Below are positions 47,766-62,056 of a stretch of DNA of 64,000 nt, in pieces; within the stretch, counting starts at the first letter, position 1, and each line of letters begins with the position of its first letter. The notes under the pieces were generated by a model, which ran no database searches, was not told the DNA's origin, and was given only the letters and a program-made list of their open reading frames with translations. A program made the position numbers and the translations under genes. Origin of the DNA: Octopus bimaculoides (Eukaryota); assembly GCF_001194135.2 (NCBI RefSeq), contig NC_069004.1, positions 31,549,094-31,613,093 on the forward strand, written 5' to 3'.

Positions 47766-49550
47766 ACACGAAGTTCAATGTTTTCCTAAGCAAACATTTA
47801 CTGCTGCATATCTCTCGGTTTTAAACAAAGGAATTTTTTTCCGTTCTTATTATCAGAAGACAGAAGAACATCAATCACTGGAGTTGCAAAGTAACTCTGG
47901 AGACTTTCGTTAATTACGTATTTATATATATATCAAACCTCCACCGCACCCCGATAGATTTATATATAAATATATATACAACAATCCCGTCCGTCTACAC
48001 CTCTGCAGCCTGCTGCAGAGCACAGCAGAATAACATCCGGTCAACCTACGTACGTACCACCAGGATGGGATTACGCGTGTGAGTGTGTGTGCCCGCGAAT
48101 GTGTGTGTGTGTGTGAATTGTGAGCAAATATGTGTGTGTGTGTGAATTGTGAGCGAATATGTGTGTGTGTATGTGAGAGAATGTGTGTGGAAACGAGTGT
48201 GTATGAATAGGTGCGAATGCGTGTGGATGTGTGTGCACACGTGTTTGTGTACTAACGTGCATGAATGTGTGTGCGCGCGCGACAATGTGTTTGTAAACGT
48301 GTGTCACAAATTTGTTTAAATGTGTATGTGAGATTTGTGTGTGTGTGTACACATGTGTTAGTGTGTGTACGTGAAAGTATACTTGAAAGAATGTGTATGT
48401 GTGTGTTTATGCGCACGTAAGGATGTGCGAGAGTGCACAAGCACGTGTGGTGTTTCGAAATCAATAAAGATACGCTGAACAAAACGGACTAATCTCTTAT
48501 CGATCCTACGGTGACTGACCGACTGCCGTCCCCACCATCGTCGTCATCATCATCATACCGTAAGAGGCACGTTGGGGGGAGGGGGGAGCGGAGCGGGGCC
48601 GAGAGACGTCGTCACCGATTGGTTGGTCGGGCCCAGGGTGAAAAGGAAGTTGTGAGCTTTTAGTTAAAGATGACAGAAGGTAAGAGAGGAAGAGGNNNNN
48701 NNNNNNNNNNNNNNNNNNNNNNNNNNNNNNNNNNNNNNNNNNNNNNNNNNNNNNNNNNNNNNNNNNNNNNNNNNNNNNNNNNNNNNNNNNNNNNNNNNNN
48801 NNNNNNNNNNNNNNNNNNNNNNNNNNNNNNNNNNNNNNNNNNNNNNNNNNCAAACTAGAAAAAAATCAAAAAAAAAAAAAACTTGGAAGAGAACAAAGGA
48901 AAAACATGTTAACGGTTCCATTGCGTTGTCTTAGATACTGTTGAAAAATAATATGAAACAATAGATGAGAATGGCAGGGTTGGATTGGACGTGGTGAAGC
49001 TTCTGAGAAACCTCTAGGGATCCTGGATGATTCATTAGTAGGGGTTGGGTCGAGGAAATGGAGGGATCAGTTCAAAGAGATGGTAATTGAAGAGATGAGA
49101 TCAGTGGGGGGGGGGAGGTGTTTAGTGGTATATAACGCTTGTGATGATGGTGGTGGAGTTGGAAGTGACAGTGGCATCGGTGGTGGCTAGAGAGGAAATA
49201 GAATTGGATATGATGGTGACGGGGAAGACGGTAAGGTTTGTAGTGGTAGTGATGGTAGTGGTTGGGATAACATTCGGAGTGGTGGTATTGGTGGTAAAGA
49301 TGGTGATGGTAGTGGTGGTACTGGTGTCCTTAGAGGTGATGGTGCAGCTCTGTGGTTCTCAATCAGGCTCCATATGGCCCCTGCGGGTCCATAGAAGATA
49401 TTGTGGTAAGTACCTTGCTTCCCAACCTCATGGTTCTGGGTTCAGTCCCACTGCGTGACACCTTGGGCAAGTGTCTTCTACTATAGCCTCAGGCTGACCA
49501 AAGCCTTGTGAGTGGATTTAGTAGATGGAAACTGAAAGAAGCTCATCGTA

Positions 49551-49620
<70 letters not shown>

Positions 49621-51392
49621 TTTATGTGTGTGTGTGTTTGTCCCCCCCCCACCAATGCTTCACAACTTATGTTGGTGTGTTTACGTCCCTGTGACTTAGC
49701 AGTTCGGTAAAACAGACTGATAGAATAAGTACTTAAGCTTACAAAGAATAAGTCCTGGGATTGATTTCTTCGACTAAAAAAAAAAAACACCTTTTAAAGC
49801 AGTGCTGTAGCATGGCTGCAGTGAGATGCCTGAAACCTGTAAAAGAATTCTTGTACAGCACACGAGATATTTTAACAATTTTTGGATCTAATTCCTAATA
49901 ATCTAAGAATAAAATGGGCTTCTTTAAAACATTGAATGTCTACGGGGGTCCAGCAGAGTAAACCCAGAATCACAGGGAGCAACAGGCAAACTGGGGCTGA
50001 ACATCAACTGTAGGGGATGGTAGGAGTGAAGATAGCGATGGTGAGAATTGCAGTGATTGTAGTAGCAATGGTGACGGTGGAGATGGTAATGGTTAATGGT
50101 AGTGGCGGTGGGAACGGTGGTGGTGGTGGTGATGCAAGAAATGTAGAAAAAAAGAGAAATTAGGTTAGATGGAATAATTGCCAGAATAATAACGGTTCGT
50201 TGGTATGTGATAGAGTGCATGGCTCTGTGAGCATGTGTGTGTGTGTTTATGTGTGTGTATGTATATATATATATATATATATATATGGGAGTGTGTGAGG
50301 GAGACAGAGAGGTGGGAGAGAGACAGACTGTGTGAGTGCATGTGAGAGAATGGTGTGCATGTGTGGAAGAGTACGTGTGTGGAAGAGTACATGTGAGGAA
50401 GAGTACATGTGAGGAAGAGTACATGTGAGGAAGAGTACATGTGTGCGAGTGTGTGCTTGCATGTGAGAGAATGTGTGAAAGAGTACGTGTGTGCATGTGT
50501 GAGAGTGTGTGTGTGCGTGCACGAGAGAGTGTGTGCATGTATGAGAGAGTGTGTACGAGAATGTGTGCGTGAGTGCGAGAGTGTGTGCGTGAGTGTGTGT
50601 ATACTATTTTATATTTTAGTACTATATATATACACACAATGGGTTTCTTTCAGTTTCCATCTACCAAATCCACTCACAAGACTCTGGTCAACCGAGGGCT
50701 ACAGTAAATAAACACTTGCCCAAGGGGTCAAGCAGTAGCATTCAACTGAAAAACCAAGTTGTTGGGAAGCAGACTTTGTAACTACATGGCTATGCCTCTG
50801 TGTTGACTAAAATCTATAGATATACTCTATAATACAGAGTAGTTTTGAAACAAAACACTTAAGACCCATGTAATTTAGTAAATTAAACTAAGCTGCCAGT
50901 AATGCGCTATAATATACAAATCAATTCATCCGATTTAATTAAGCTTTTAATAATATCATCATCATCGTCATTTTTATTCATCATAGCATGGATTGTAATG
51001 ATAGTGAGATTATAAACAAGTATAGGATAGTTAAAGAGGGTATTCAGTTGCCGATGAAATCCCAACACACTCAAACTGAAACCAGTCAAATGATTCCTCT
51101 TTTTCTTTCTCCAAAGATATTGCGTGTAAAAGACAAGGTGTTTACATTTGTCTGCTGCATACAGTGTTGGCTAAAATCTATAGCTGTATTCCATAACACA
51201 TAATATAGCATTGAAAGAAAATATTGTGAAAGCACCATTAAATTTATCAACAGATTTATGATACAGCTGCAGTACTGTGAAGTGGGGGGGGTAACACAGA
51301 AGGAAGTGTGTGTACGGGGTATAATTACTAGGACTATATATATAACAGTAGATATGCAATATAGTGCATAAAGCCGCCGCCTTTGACACTAC

Positions 51393-51423
<31 letters not shown>

Positions 51424-51507
51424 ATGTATATATATATACATATTTATGACTACATATACACATTGTACGACTATATTATATACATGACAATATATATGTC
51501 TATATAT

Positions 51508-51539
<32 letters not shown>

Positions 51540-52944
51540 GAGTGAGGAATGGTTAGAATGACAGAAGTGTGTGTGTGTGATTTAGACAGGTGTCATCCTG
51601 TCTGGAGGTGTTGCCTGTTTTTCTTCGTAAGACACTAACTAAACAACAGCATTATTATATGATAGAGAGGGGTGAAGGATCCTAGTTTTGGACAGGTAAC
51701 AACACAGGTAACCTGAAGAGCCAGTGGCCTAACTGAAATACTACTAAAACCACTATACCACTACCATCATGACCACACAGTACTAGTGCTTCTACTATCT
51801 CCACAATTAACACCACTGCTGCTACCACCACGACTACCACACATTAGTTGTCGGTCGTTTGACCTGCTAGAAACAGCAGCCACCACCACTACTGCATGCT
51901 GTTGCTAATGATAGTACCACAACCACCACGTATCACCACCATTACATACTACTGCTGCTACTACTACTACTACTACTACTACTACTGCCCTGCCACTACT
52001 ATTATTGGAGTCACCAACGTTGCTGTTAAAACAAACTACCACCTCTACCGTCGCCACCACCGCATGGCATGATCAACACCACTCTTCTACAATGACCTTC
52101 AGTAAATCCGTGGTGACCCCGTTTCAGGTGCTGGATAGCAGTGGGGAGGAAGGATTTACAGGAATGTTTGCAAGGTGACTGAGTGGATTAGAGAGGGGGA
52201 GAGAGGAGGAGAAAGAGTGTGTGTACTAATAGGGTATATATCATTATTAGTATTATTAGTATGTGGGTGGTAGGGAGGATAATAAATGGAAAGTTGTGTA
52301 TACACACACACACACACACAGACGATAATAGAAGCAAGCACATATGTAGTAACACAGACACAGACACAGACTAATATACACATTTGAAGATAGTAACAAA
52401 TACACAAATATTAGAAACTATACACACACAAACAGGCATACACACACATTAATATACACACTGTATATTAACTATACACACACACACACAAGCATACGTA
52501 CACATGTTAATAACAAACAGGTGCACGCACCACACACACATTCCTACACAAATATTTAAAACTATACACACACAAACATACATACATACACATGTTAATA
52601 ACAGACATGTGCACACACACACACACACACGCACAAACATTTATACACAAATATAGACATTAATAATTTATACACACGTGTAAGCAGGCGAGAACACACA
52701 GACATATTTATAAATACACAGGATATAATTATATACACACACACACACACACACATGTAATATATGTAAGCAAGCTGATATGAACAGACAGACACACACA
52801 TTAATAACCACTCACACGCACTAATTATACACGTGCACATACCAACACGCACCAACACAGGTATGTAACCAGGTGGGAGTCAGCACACATACAGGTGTGG
52901 ATATGAATACAGTGCAAGGCATTCATCATCATTATCATCATCGT

Positions 52945-53330
52945 TTAACGTCCGCTTTCCATGCTGGCATGGGTTGGACGGTTTGACTGGGGACTGGCAA
53001 GCCAGGAGGCTGCGCCTGGCTTCAATCTGATCATCTGGCAAGGTTGCTACAGCTGGATGCCCTTCCTAATGCCAACCACTCCGAGAGTGTAGTGGTTGTT
53101 TTTTTTTACGTGTGACCAGACACGGGAGCCAGTCAGGCGGCACTGGCTTCGACCCACACTTGAACGGTGCATATTACGTTCCACCAGCACAAGAGCCAGT
53201 CAGGCGGCACTGGCATCGGCCACAACTACAATTTCCATTTTGATTTTTTGATTTTACTCGACCCAGTAGGTCTTCTCAAGCGCAGTGTATCGCCCGATGA
53301 TTCAAGGGTCCTTTTAAATGGGCTGGTTAT
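52945..53330 (-). mobile_element. RTE-family 3' UTR/tail
   Basis: catcatcgtttaacgtccgctttccatgctggcatgggttgg, the reverse of the RTE tail. Confidence 0.7.
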
Positions 53331-53388
53331 GCAACACTGGTATAGGCTACAGCATGACCGCAGCCACTTGGCTGAAACACATAAATAA

Positions 53389-53423
<35 letters not shown>

Positions 53424-54764
53424 CATTTAGTGTCCAACATTTGTTGGACATCAAATATCATTGTCTCAAGTAGGCCTGTACTAACACTATATAAAATAAA
53501 AAAAATCACAACCATCACCATCACCATCACCACCATCATCATCAGTGCTGTTGTCACCGCCACCGTCCCCAATATCGCCTACTATTACCACAACTGTAAC
53601 CATTCCNNNNNNNNNNNNNNNNNNNNNNNNNNNNNNNNNNNNNNNNNNNNNNNNNNNNNNNNNNNNNNNNNNNNNNNNNNNNNNNNNNNNNNNNNNNNNN
53701 NNNNNNNNNNNNNNNNNNNNNNNNNNNNNNNNNNNNNNNNNNNNNNNNNNNNNNNNNNNNNNNNNNNNNNNNNNNNNNNNNNNNNNNNNNNNNNNNNNNN
53801 NNNNNNNNNNNNNNNNNNNNNNNNNNNNNNNNNNNNNNNNNNNNNNNNNNNNNNNNNNNNNNNNNNNNNNNNNNNNNNNNNNNNNNNNNNNNNNNNNNNN
53901 NNNNNNNNNNNNNNNNNNNNNNNNNNNNNNNNNNNNNNNNNNNNNNNNNNNNNNNNNNNNNNNNNNNNNNNNNNNNNNNNNNNNNNNNNNNNNNNNNNNN
54001 NNNNNNNNNNNNNNNNNNNNNNNNNNNNNNNNNNNNNNNNNNNNNNNNNNNNNNNNNNNNNNNNNNNNNNNNNNNNNNNNNNNNNNNNNNNNNNNNNNNN
54101 NNNNNNNNNNNNNNNNNNNNNNNNNNNNNNNNNNNNNNNNNNNNNNNNNNNNNNNNNNNNNNNNNNNNNNNNNNNNNNNNNNNNNNNNNNNNNNNNNNNN
54201 NNNGTCTGCAGATGCCAAACCAGCAGGGGGACACTGCTGACCTCCCCTGTTCGAAGGTTATAAAGGACACAGGTTCGTGTGTCACATAGCTAGCTAGAGG
54301 CGATGGCTTCTTGGAGCTAATTCACGGCAGCTTTCGTCCTAATTTTGGGACTGCCATGTTGGCTTGGCGATAACTATTAATTTCCAGTACCGCTGCCGTA
54401 GTCTCCTTTAGAGAGACTTAGAAATATTAATAACTCTATATATATATATATATATACATTACGTATATACATAATACGTATAACTTTTGTGTTTAACCTT
54501 TCTCTACACACTGTACGCTTTATACCTACCGTACGCAAACATATACATACAGTTTTAATTTATCCATTGTCGTTAGACTTTGTCTATCTTTGGCACCAGT
54601 TTTTGTTTTATTCTGGGACTAATTTTATTGATCTCTCTTTTGACAAAAAGAGACGCAATTTGACGCATCGTTATACTCCGCGATGCGTATGTATACGTGT
54701 ATACATGGACGAGTGCGTGTTTATATATACGTGTTTAGAAATTACACATACACACACACACAAC

Positions 54765-56045
54765 TCTATAAGATGTACCCGGTGCAAGCTATGGACACAT
54801 AAGAGGTGCAGCAACATCAAAGGCAGGTTAACTAGCAAGTTAGTTTTTGTTTGTGGCAGATGTTCAGGTGCAATAAAGACTGCAAACAAACAGGAAACAA
54901 CTTCTATCTCATTCCAGGGTGAAAAACTAGAGGTAGTCGATAGCTTCCGCTATCTGGGCGACCAAGTTAGTAGTGGGGGTGGGTGCGCTGAAAGTGTAGC
55001 TGCTAGAATAAGAATAGCCTGGGCAAAGTTTAGAGAGCTCTTACCCCTGCTGGCGACAAAGGGACTCTCACTCAGAGTAAANNNNNNNNNNNNNNNNNNN
55101 NNNNNNNNNNNNNNNNNNNNNNNNNNNNNNNNNNNNNNNNNNNNNNNNNNNNNNNNNNNNNNNNNNNNNNNNNNNNNNNNNNNNNNNNNNNNNNNNNNNN
55201 NNNNNNNNNNNNNNNNNNNNNNNNNNNNNNNNNNNNNNNNNNNNNNNNNNNNNNNNNNNNNNNNNNNNNNNNNNNNNNNNNNNNNNNNNNNNNNNNNNNN
55301 NNNNNNNNNNNNNNNNNNNNNNNNNNNNNNNNNNNNNNNNNNNNNNNNNNNNNNNNNNNNNNNNNNNNNNNNNNNNNNNNNNNNNNNNNNNNNNNNNNNN
55401 NNNNNNNNNNNNNNNNNNNNNNNNNNNNNNNNNNNNNNNNNNNNNNNNNNNNNNNNNNNNNNNNNNNNNNNNNNNNNNNNNNNNNNNNNNNNNNNNNNNN
55501 NNNNNNNNNNNNNNNNNNNNNNNNNNNNNNNNNNNNNNNNNNNNNNNNNNNNNNNNNNNNNNNNNNNNNNNNNNNNNNNNNNNNNNNNNNNNNNNNNNNN
55601 NNNNNNNNNNNNNNNNNNNNNNNNNNNNNNNNNNNNNNNNNNNNNNNNNNNNNNNNNNNNNNNNNNNNNNNNNNNNNNNNNNNNNNNNNNNNNNNNNNNN
55701 NNNNNNNNNNNNNNNNNNNNNNNNNNNNNNNNNNNNNNNNNNNNNNNNNNNNNNNNNNNNNNNNNNNNNNNNNNNNNNNNNNNNNNNNNNNNNNNNNNNN
55801 NNNNNNNNNNNNNNNNNNNNNGGCACATAAAAGACACCATTTCGAGCGTGGCCGTTTTCGTGCGGGTGACACGTAAAAGCACCCACTACACTCTCTGAGT
55901 GGTTGGCGTTAGGAAGGGCATCCAGCTGTAGAAACTCTGCCAAATCAGACTGGAGCCTGGTGTTGCCATCCGGTTTCACCAGTCCTCAGTCAAATCGTCC
56001 AACCCATGCTAGCATGGAAAGCGGACGTTAAACGATGATGATGAT
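54765..56045 (+). mobile_element. Young RTE LINE, 5'-truncated, middle in the N gap
   Basis: Open frame CTRCKLWTHKRCS...FVCGRCS...EKLEVVDSFRYLGDQVSSGGGCAESVAARIRIAWAKFRELLPLLATKGLSLRV; tail ends in (GAT)n. Confidence 0.9.
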
Positions 56046-56954
56046 ACACACACACATACAAATAGACACACACATATACACACGTATGTATGTATTTATA
56101 TATATAGGTTCAGACGCGGCTGTGGGGTAAGAAATTTGCATAGGCCCAAAACACACATGGTTCAGGGTTCAATCCTACTGCGCGTAGGACCTTGGGCAAA
56201 TGCCTTCTATCCTAGCCTCGAGCCGACCAAAGCTTTGGAAGTGAATTTGGTAGACGGAAACTGAAAGAAGCTCGTCGTGTATATACGTGTCTCCTCCACG
56301 ACAACCACCACTTGACGACTGGTGTTGGTTTGTTTACATCCCCGTTACTTAGCAGTTCGGCAAAAAGAGATTAATAGAATACGACTGAAATCCATCTAGG
56401 CGGTGCCCCAGCGTGGCCGCAGTCTAATGACTAAAACAAATGCGCGCCATTGCAGCTATCGAGCGAGATCAATTGTGCCTGCCATCCCTTCATCTCTGTA
56501 TCTATCCGTCCATCGGGACCCCGAAGTAAGATAAAGTACCAGTTGCATATTATGGTCAGTTAAAAATCCCAGTAGCCCCCAATAAATTTGAAGCCCGATG
56601 TCTCAGTAAAAACATCGACGATACTCAACTGTATTAAATGACCCCTAAAACACACACAAAAATACCCATCTCTCTACGTTTCCTTCTGGTCAGAGCGATC
56701 TGGATGAAAAGCACGATTGTAATTAGTGAGATAAATAAATAGATAGACATGACAACAATTTGTTGATAATAAAAGAAATGGTTTCAGTTTGGTCTGACGA
56801 CAAGAGGGATTGAACCAGTGACATTCGTCTTGCCTAGGATTCATCTCATGATACAGAGATAGTCTTTATATTCATCCCCTGGTGGTGTTTATAATCACAG
56901 AACACCAATCGTTAATCAAACACACACACACACACATGTGTGCGTGCGTGCGTA

Positions 56955-57375
56955 TGTCATTGTTCAGTTTTATTTCAAGATTTCTTACCAAGAGAGAAAG
57001 AGCCGGTTTCTAACCTAGATCCAAGGCTCCTTCATTGGAATTTCAACATCAACAACAGGATATTTAAGCAGATCTGTAAGTTTTGCTTTATATATGCATT
57101 CTCATGCATATAGCTACATATCTAGACATGCTCATATATATTTAAACAAACTTCTGGAAAGTTTTACAGATTTTTGCAGTTCCAGTGATGAATTGGATCT
57201 GTAGTCTTCGAATTAGCTTTCTCCTTTCTGGTTTTGAGAAGCCTAATTTCTCAAGATTGGTATTTAGGCAGTGTATTACATATCCCAGGGCCCCAATAAT
57301 TACAGGTATAAACCTGAACTTGCAATCTGGGTAGAGTAACTGCAAATTCCTCAATAGTTCAGCATATGTATATGT
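56955..57375 (-). mobile_element. R4/Dong-like element 3' end (REL C-terminus plus 3' UTR)
   Basis: YAELLRNLQLLYPDCKFRFIPVIIGALGYV...LEKLGF...LQIQFITGTAKICKTF*. Confidence 0.7.
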
Positions 57376-58092
57376 GAACATACACACATTAATTAATGTA
57401 TATTAATGTATATAAACATATATTTCATTAACATACATATATCTATATTTTGGTATACACATAATATAGATCTATATTAACATACAATATATATACAGAA
57501 GTATATTTTCTTGTGCGCGCAAAACTTTAAAAATTACCTTGTTTACTAAATATAAGTAAAAGAGGATTTAAGCTAATTTGATCAATATCGTTTGACAAGC
57601 AGGACTAGTTCATTGATCAACTGAACGAGTAATTAAACAATCGATTAGTTAATTGGTTAAATAATCGACCAATTGATAATTTAAGCTAAATTAGGCATTT
57701 TTATTAATTTTTCCCCCCTTCCATGTAAGAAAAGGCGGGGAGGGAGAGCTGGCGGAATCGCTACCGCGTCGGAAAGAAACGCCTAGCGGTATTTCGTTCG
57801 TCTCTACGTTCCGAGTTCAAATCCGCCAAGGTTGACTTTGCCTTTCATCCTTTCGGAGGTTGATAAAAATTAGTACCAGCTGAACACTGGGGGTCGATGT
57901 AATCGCCTTATCCTCTATACCCCGAAATTGCTGGCCTTGTGGCAAAATTTTAAGTCAGTATTTGATTTAAGAACACCCTATTTTCCATTTAACCATTCCC
58001 CTTTCAAAAACTGGGCGAGCGCGGACACACCGCCCATTAGACAAAATTGAAACATCCGGCCAAAGTGGGGGGTACAACTCTGTAGTTATGCC

Positions 58093-58464
58093 TTAACTCT
58101 TTTTACTCTTTGACTTGTTTCAGTCTTTTGACTGTGGCCATGCTGGAGCACCGCCTTTAGTCGAGCAAATCGACCCCAGGACTTATTCTTTGTAAGCCTA
58201 GTACTTATTCTATCGGTCTCTTTTGCCGAACCGCTAAGTAACGGGGACGTAAACACACCAGCATCGGTTGTCAAGCGATGTTGGGGGGAACAAACACAGA
58301 CACATACACACATACATACACAGATATATATATATATATACATATATACGATGGGCTTCTTTCAGTTTCCGTCTATCAAATCCACTCACAAGGGTTTGGT
58401 CGGCCCGAGGCTACAGTAGAAGACACTTGCCCAAGTTGCCACGCAGTGGGACTGAACTCGGAAT
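58093..58464 (-). mobile_element. SINE family A, well-preserved copy
   Basis: High similarity (inverted) to 27730-28310. Confidence 0.85.
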
Positions 58465-59731
58465 NNNNNNNNNNNNNNNNNNNNNNNNNNNNNNNNNNNN
58501 NNNNNNNNNNNNNNNNNNNNNNNNNNNNNNNNNNNNNNNNNNNNNNNNNNATTTTGAAAACGTGATTTTTGGGCAAAATCGTATTTTCTTACATCGAAAA
58601 TAGAAATCTGAAAAAAAATTGAGGGGAAAAAAAAAACAAACAAACCAGGTAATGGGCTGTGTGCATGCGCTTTACCATCGCCCTAAAACTTGGCATGGTG
58701 CCTAAATCAGAAACCCGTAATTAAAAGTGCTCCCCCACCCCCAAAAAACTGCAGGTTTTTTTTTTAGGGTGGAGGGTGGTTGGTGGTGGTGTTGCTATTT
58801 GTCAATCTGAGAGCTACGGCGTAACGAGAGAAAGGTAATTCTTGGTTGTACCATCTTTTGTCTTTTACTCGTTTCAGTTGCCGGACGACGGCCATGCTGG
58901 AGCACCGCCTTGGAAAGTTCCAGTCAAGCAAATCAACCTCCGACCTCCAACCCCCACCGCTGCCCAGTACTTATGTATTTTTGAAAGTCTGTTGCTTGTT
59001 ATATTGGTCTCTTTTACTGAACCGCTATGTAAACAAACCAACATCGGTTATCAAGCGGTGAGTGGAGGGACACACATAAAAACACACATATATACAAACA
59101 GATTTATATATAACACGTGTATGCATGTATACACACACACGACGGGTTTCCATACAGTTTCCGTCTACTGAATTCACTCACGAGGCATCGGTTGACTCGG
59201 GGTTATATAGAAGACAATTGCCCGAGGTGGCACGCAGCAGGACCTGGGAAATAATGTGTGGACACATCCACCACTTGACAACCAGTGTTGGTTCATTTAC
59301 GTCCTCAAAACATAGCGGATCTGTAAAAGCAGATCGGACTCATAAAGTAAGGGTTAACGTTTACAACTTGACCCGGAAGGATTAATGTAAACATTAACCA
59401 AAGTACTTGCCAGAGGTCAATTTGTTCGACTAAATCCTTCAAACAGTGCCCTATATGGCCGCAGTTCAATGACTGAAACAACGTGAGTGTGTGTGTGCGC
59501 ATTTGCGCCTGCTTGCTTGCATTTTTTACAAAGAGAAAAGTGCAGAGACACGAAGAAGTCCGGCGTGCACAGGTATGAGAAAACTAACAAAAGCGGCGGT
59601 GGTGGGCGCTGTCTCGCCTTCTCTATCTCTGACGAATGAATGACAAGACATTGTGAATATTACTCTTAGTGTCTGCACATTGAACTGGTTTTTAAATGTA
59701 AACATTTTACTTAGAGTTCAAACTACATACG

Positions 59732-59772
<41 letters not shown>

Positions 59773-60069
59773 AAACCAAAGATTGGTCCAGGCCATGTCT
59801 AACTTACTAGCACCACCTGATGTATATATATATATATATATTATATATGAATTATTTTGTGTCTTTACGAACATGCATATCTTGTTTTATATTATGTATA
59901 TATACCCAATCATATATAGTCTGCGTTATCGATGTGTGTGTGTGTAAATAGGTCTAGTGCTGCAAAGAGGAAAATGGAATTCACAGCAGCGTGTGTGTGT
60001 GGACGTATACACAAACACACGTATATACATATATATGTATGTGTGCATATTTTAAATATCTTCGGAATG

Positions 60070-60590
60070 ATATACTGTTAGTGTCCATAGAAAAAAGATA
60101 AATGCCTCGGTTTTAGGTGTGAGAGAGACTTAGAGAGGTGATAGAGAGGACAAATGAGAGAGGGAGAGAGATTGACAGAGAAAAAACAAGTGTGAATGAG
60201 AGAGAGGGAGGGGTAGGGAGAGAGAAAGAGACTAACGGATTGAAATAGAAAGGTGAGAGAGACTGAGCGAGAGAGATTGAGTGGAAATGAAAAACAAAGG
60301 TTTGAGAGTGTGTATATATATGCATATTGAGAGAGAGAGAGAGGGGAGAAAGAGAGAGGGGGAAGGAGAGAGGGGAGAAAGAGAGAGGGAGAGAAAGAGA
60401 GAGGGAGACTGACGGAGTTAAGATAAATGTGATTGAGAATGATCACTGATAGGGTGAAAGAGAAAGACAAAGCAAGATAAATGAGAAAGAGAGAAGAGAG
60501 AGAGAGTGAAAGAGAGAAAGACAAGTGAGAGAGCAAGAGAGAGAGAGAGAAGGAATATGACGAGAAAAGAAAAGAGGAAAAGAGAAAAAT
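60070..60590. repeat. (GA)n-rich tract
   Basis: Direct inspection. Confidence 0.85.
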
Positions 60591-61884
60591 CTCGCTGTTC
60601 GGATTACATAAGTTATTTATAAAGGCAGGGAAGATTGCTATGGTTATTTATAGCCAGAAACAGACAGGATGTGGCTGACACCGTCACATGGTAGCTACAA
60701 TAACAACAATAATAATCATTATAATAATAAATATAATTATATATTAATTATTTAGATTTATTCTGATTCCCCCCACCTCTCTCTCTCGCCTTACCTGTTC
60801 TCCACTTTTTCCCCGTATGCTGAAATCAATGTCAGCCTCATGTTTTTTCTCTCACTTTACACGTTTATATATATGTGTGTGTGTGTGTGTGTACATATCT
60901 ATCTATCTATCTCTGTCTCTCTGTCTGTCTCTGTCTATCTATCTCTGTCTGTCTATCTATCTATCTCTGTCTGTCTGTCTATCTATCTCTGTCTGTCTGT
61001 CTGTCTATCTATCTCTGTCTGTCTATCTATCTACCTCTGTCTGTCTATCTACCTCTGTCTGTCTATCTATCTATCAACACATACGCACACTAAGATATAC
61101 ATATTTGTGTATTATATATACACACATATACAGATGATATTATATATGTGTATATATACACACACATAATTATCCATCACAATGTAAGAATCGTAAAATA
61201 CATATACAAACACAGTACCCAACGTATGTCTGTGTGTGTGTGGGATGTTTTGCTTATTTCGTTTGAAAGTGACAGTTACTGCGAAGTTTCGCCAAGCAGG
61301 GCTTTTCAAATGGTGCTTACGTACCTGTCAGTGAGAATTTAGGCCTATTTACGTTCTACTCAGTTACGTTGCGGTCGCTAGCTTCGTAATCCGTCTACCA
61401 TTTCTTTTACTCGCTTCAGTCATTGCGATTAGTTCAGCTGACCTCATCACAGCGGTGTCCTATGCTGATTGAGTTGAACTAATTCTGTTGGCCTCTTTTG
61501 CCGACGTTAAGTTAAAGGGAACATAAACAAACCAACATCGGTTGTCAAGCGGTGGTGGGACACACACACGGGCTTTCTTCAGTTTCCGTCAACCAAATCA
61601 ACAGGTGAGGCTTCGGTCAGCCCGAGGCTATAGTAGAAGGCGTTTGCACAAGGTGCCACGCAGTGGGACTGAACCCGGAACCAAGCAAACTTCTTACAAC
61701 ACAGCCAGGCTTTAACCTGCTCACTACTCGTCTTAATGCGACATATACATAACACATATCACATTACACACACGCACATATACCCATATACGCATGTGTG
61801 TGTGTGCATATATATATATAGGCGATCTTACGGTACAATACCTAGAAACGTCTACTGAAAGATCACCGTTTGTATGTATGTATG

Positions 61885-61916
<32 letters not shown>

Positions 61917-62021
61917 ACAATGTCTATCAAACTACGTATTTAGTCCTTGTTCTTAAGAATGTGTGTATAGATTCTACGTACAATTGGATCAATAAATACA
62001 CTCGCATACTGCATGTAGGGG

Positions 62022-62056
<35 letters not shown>

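Noticed and set aside
52092-52178. Peptide FQVLDSSGEEGFTGM resembling the small-GTPase G3 motif
   Set aside because: Weak donor, no G1/G4 exons found nearby, and too short to be significant.
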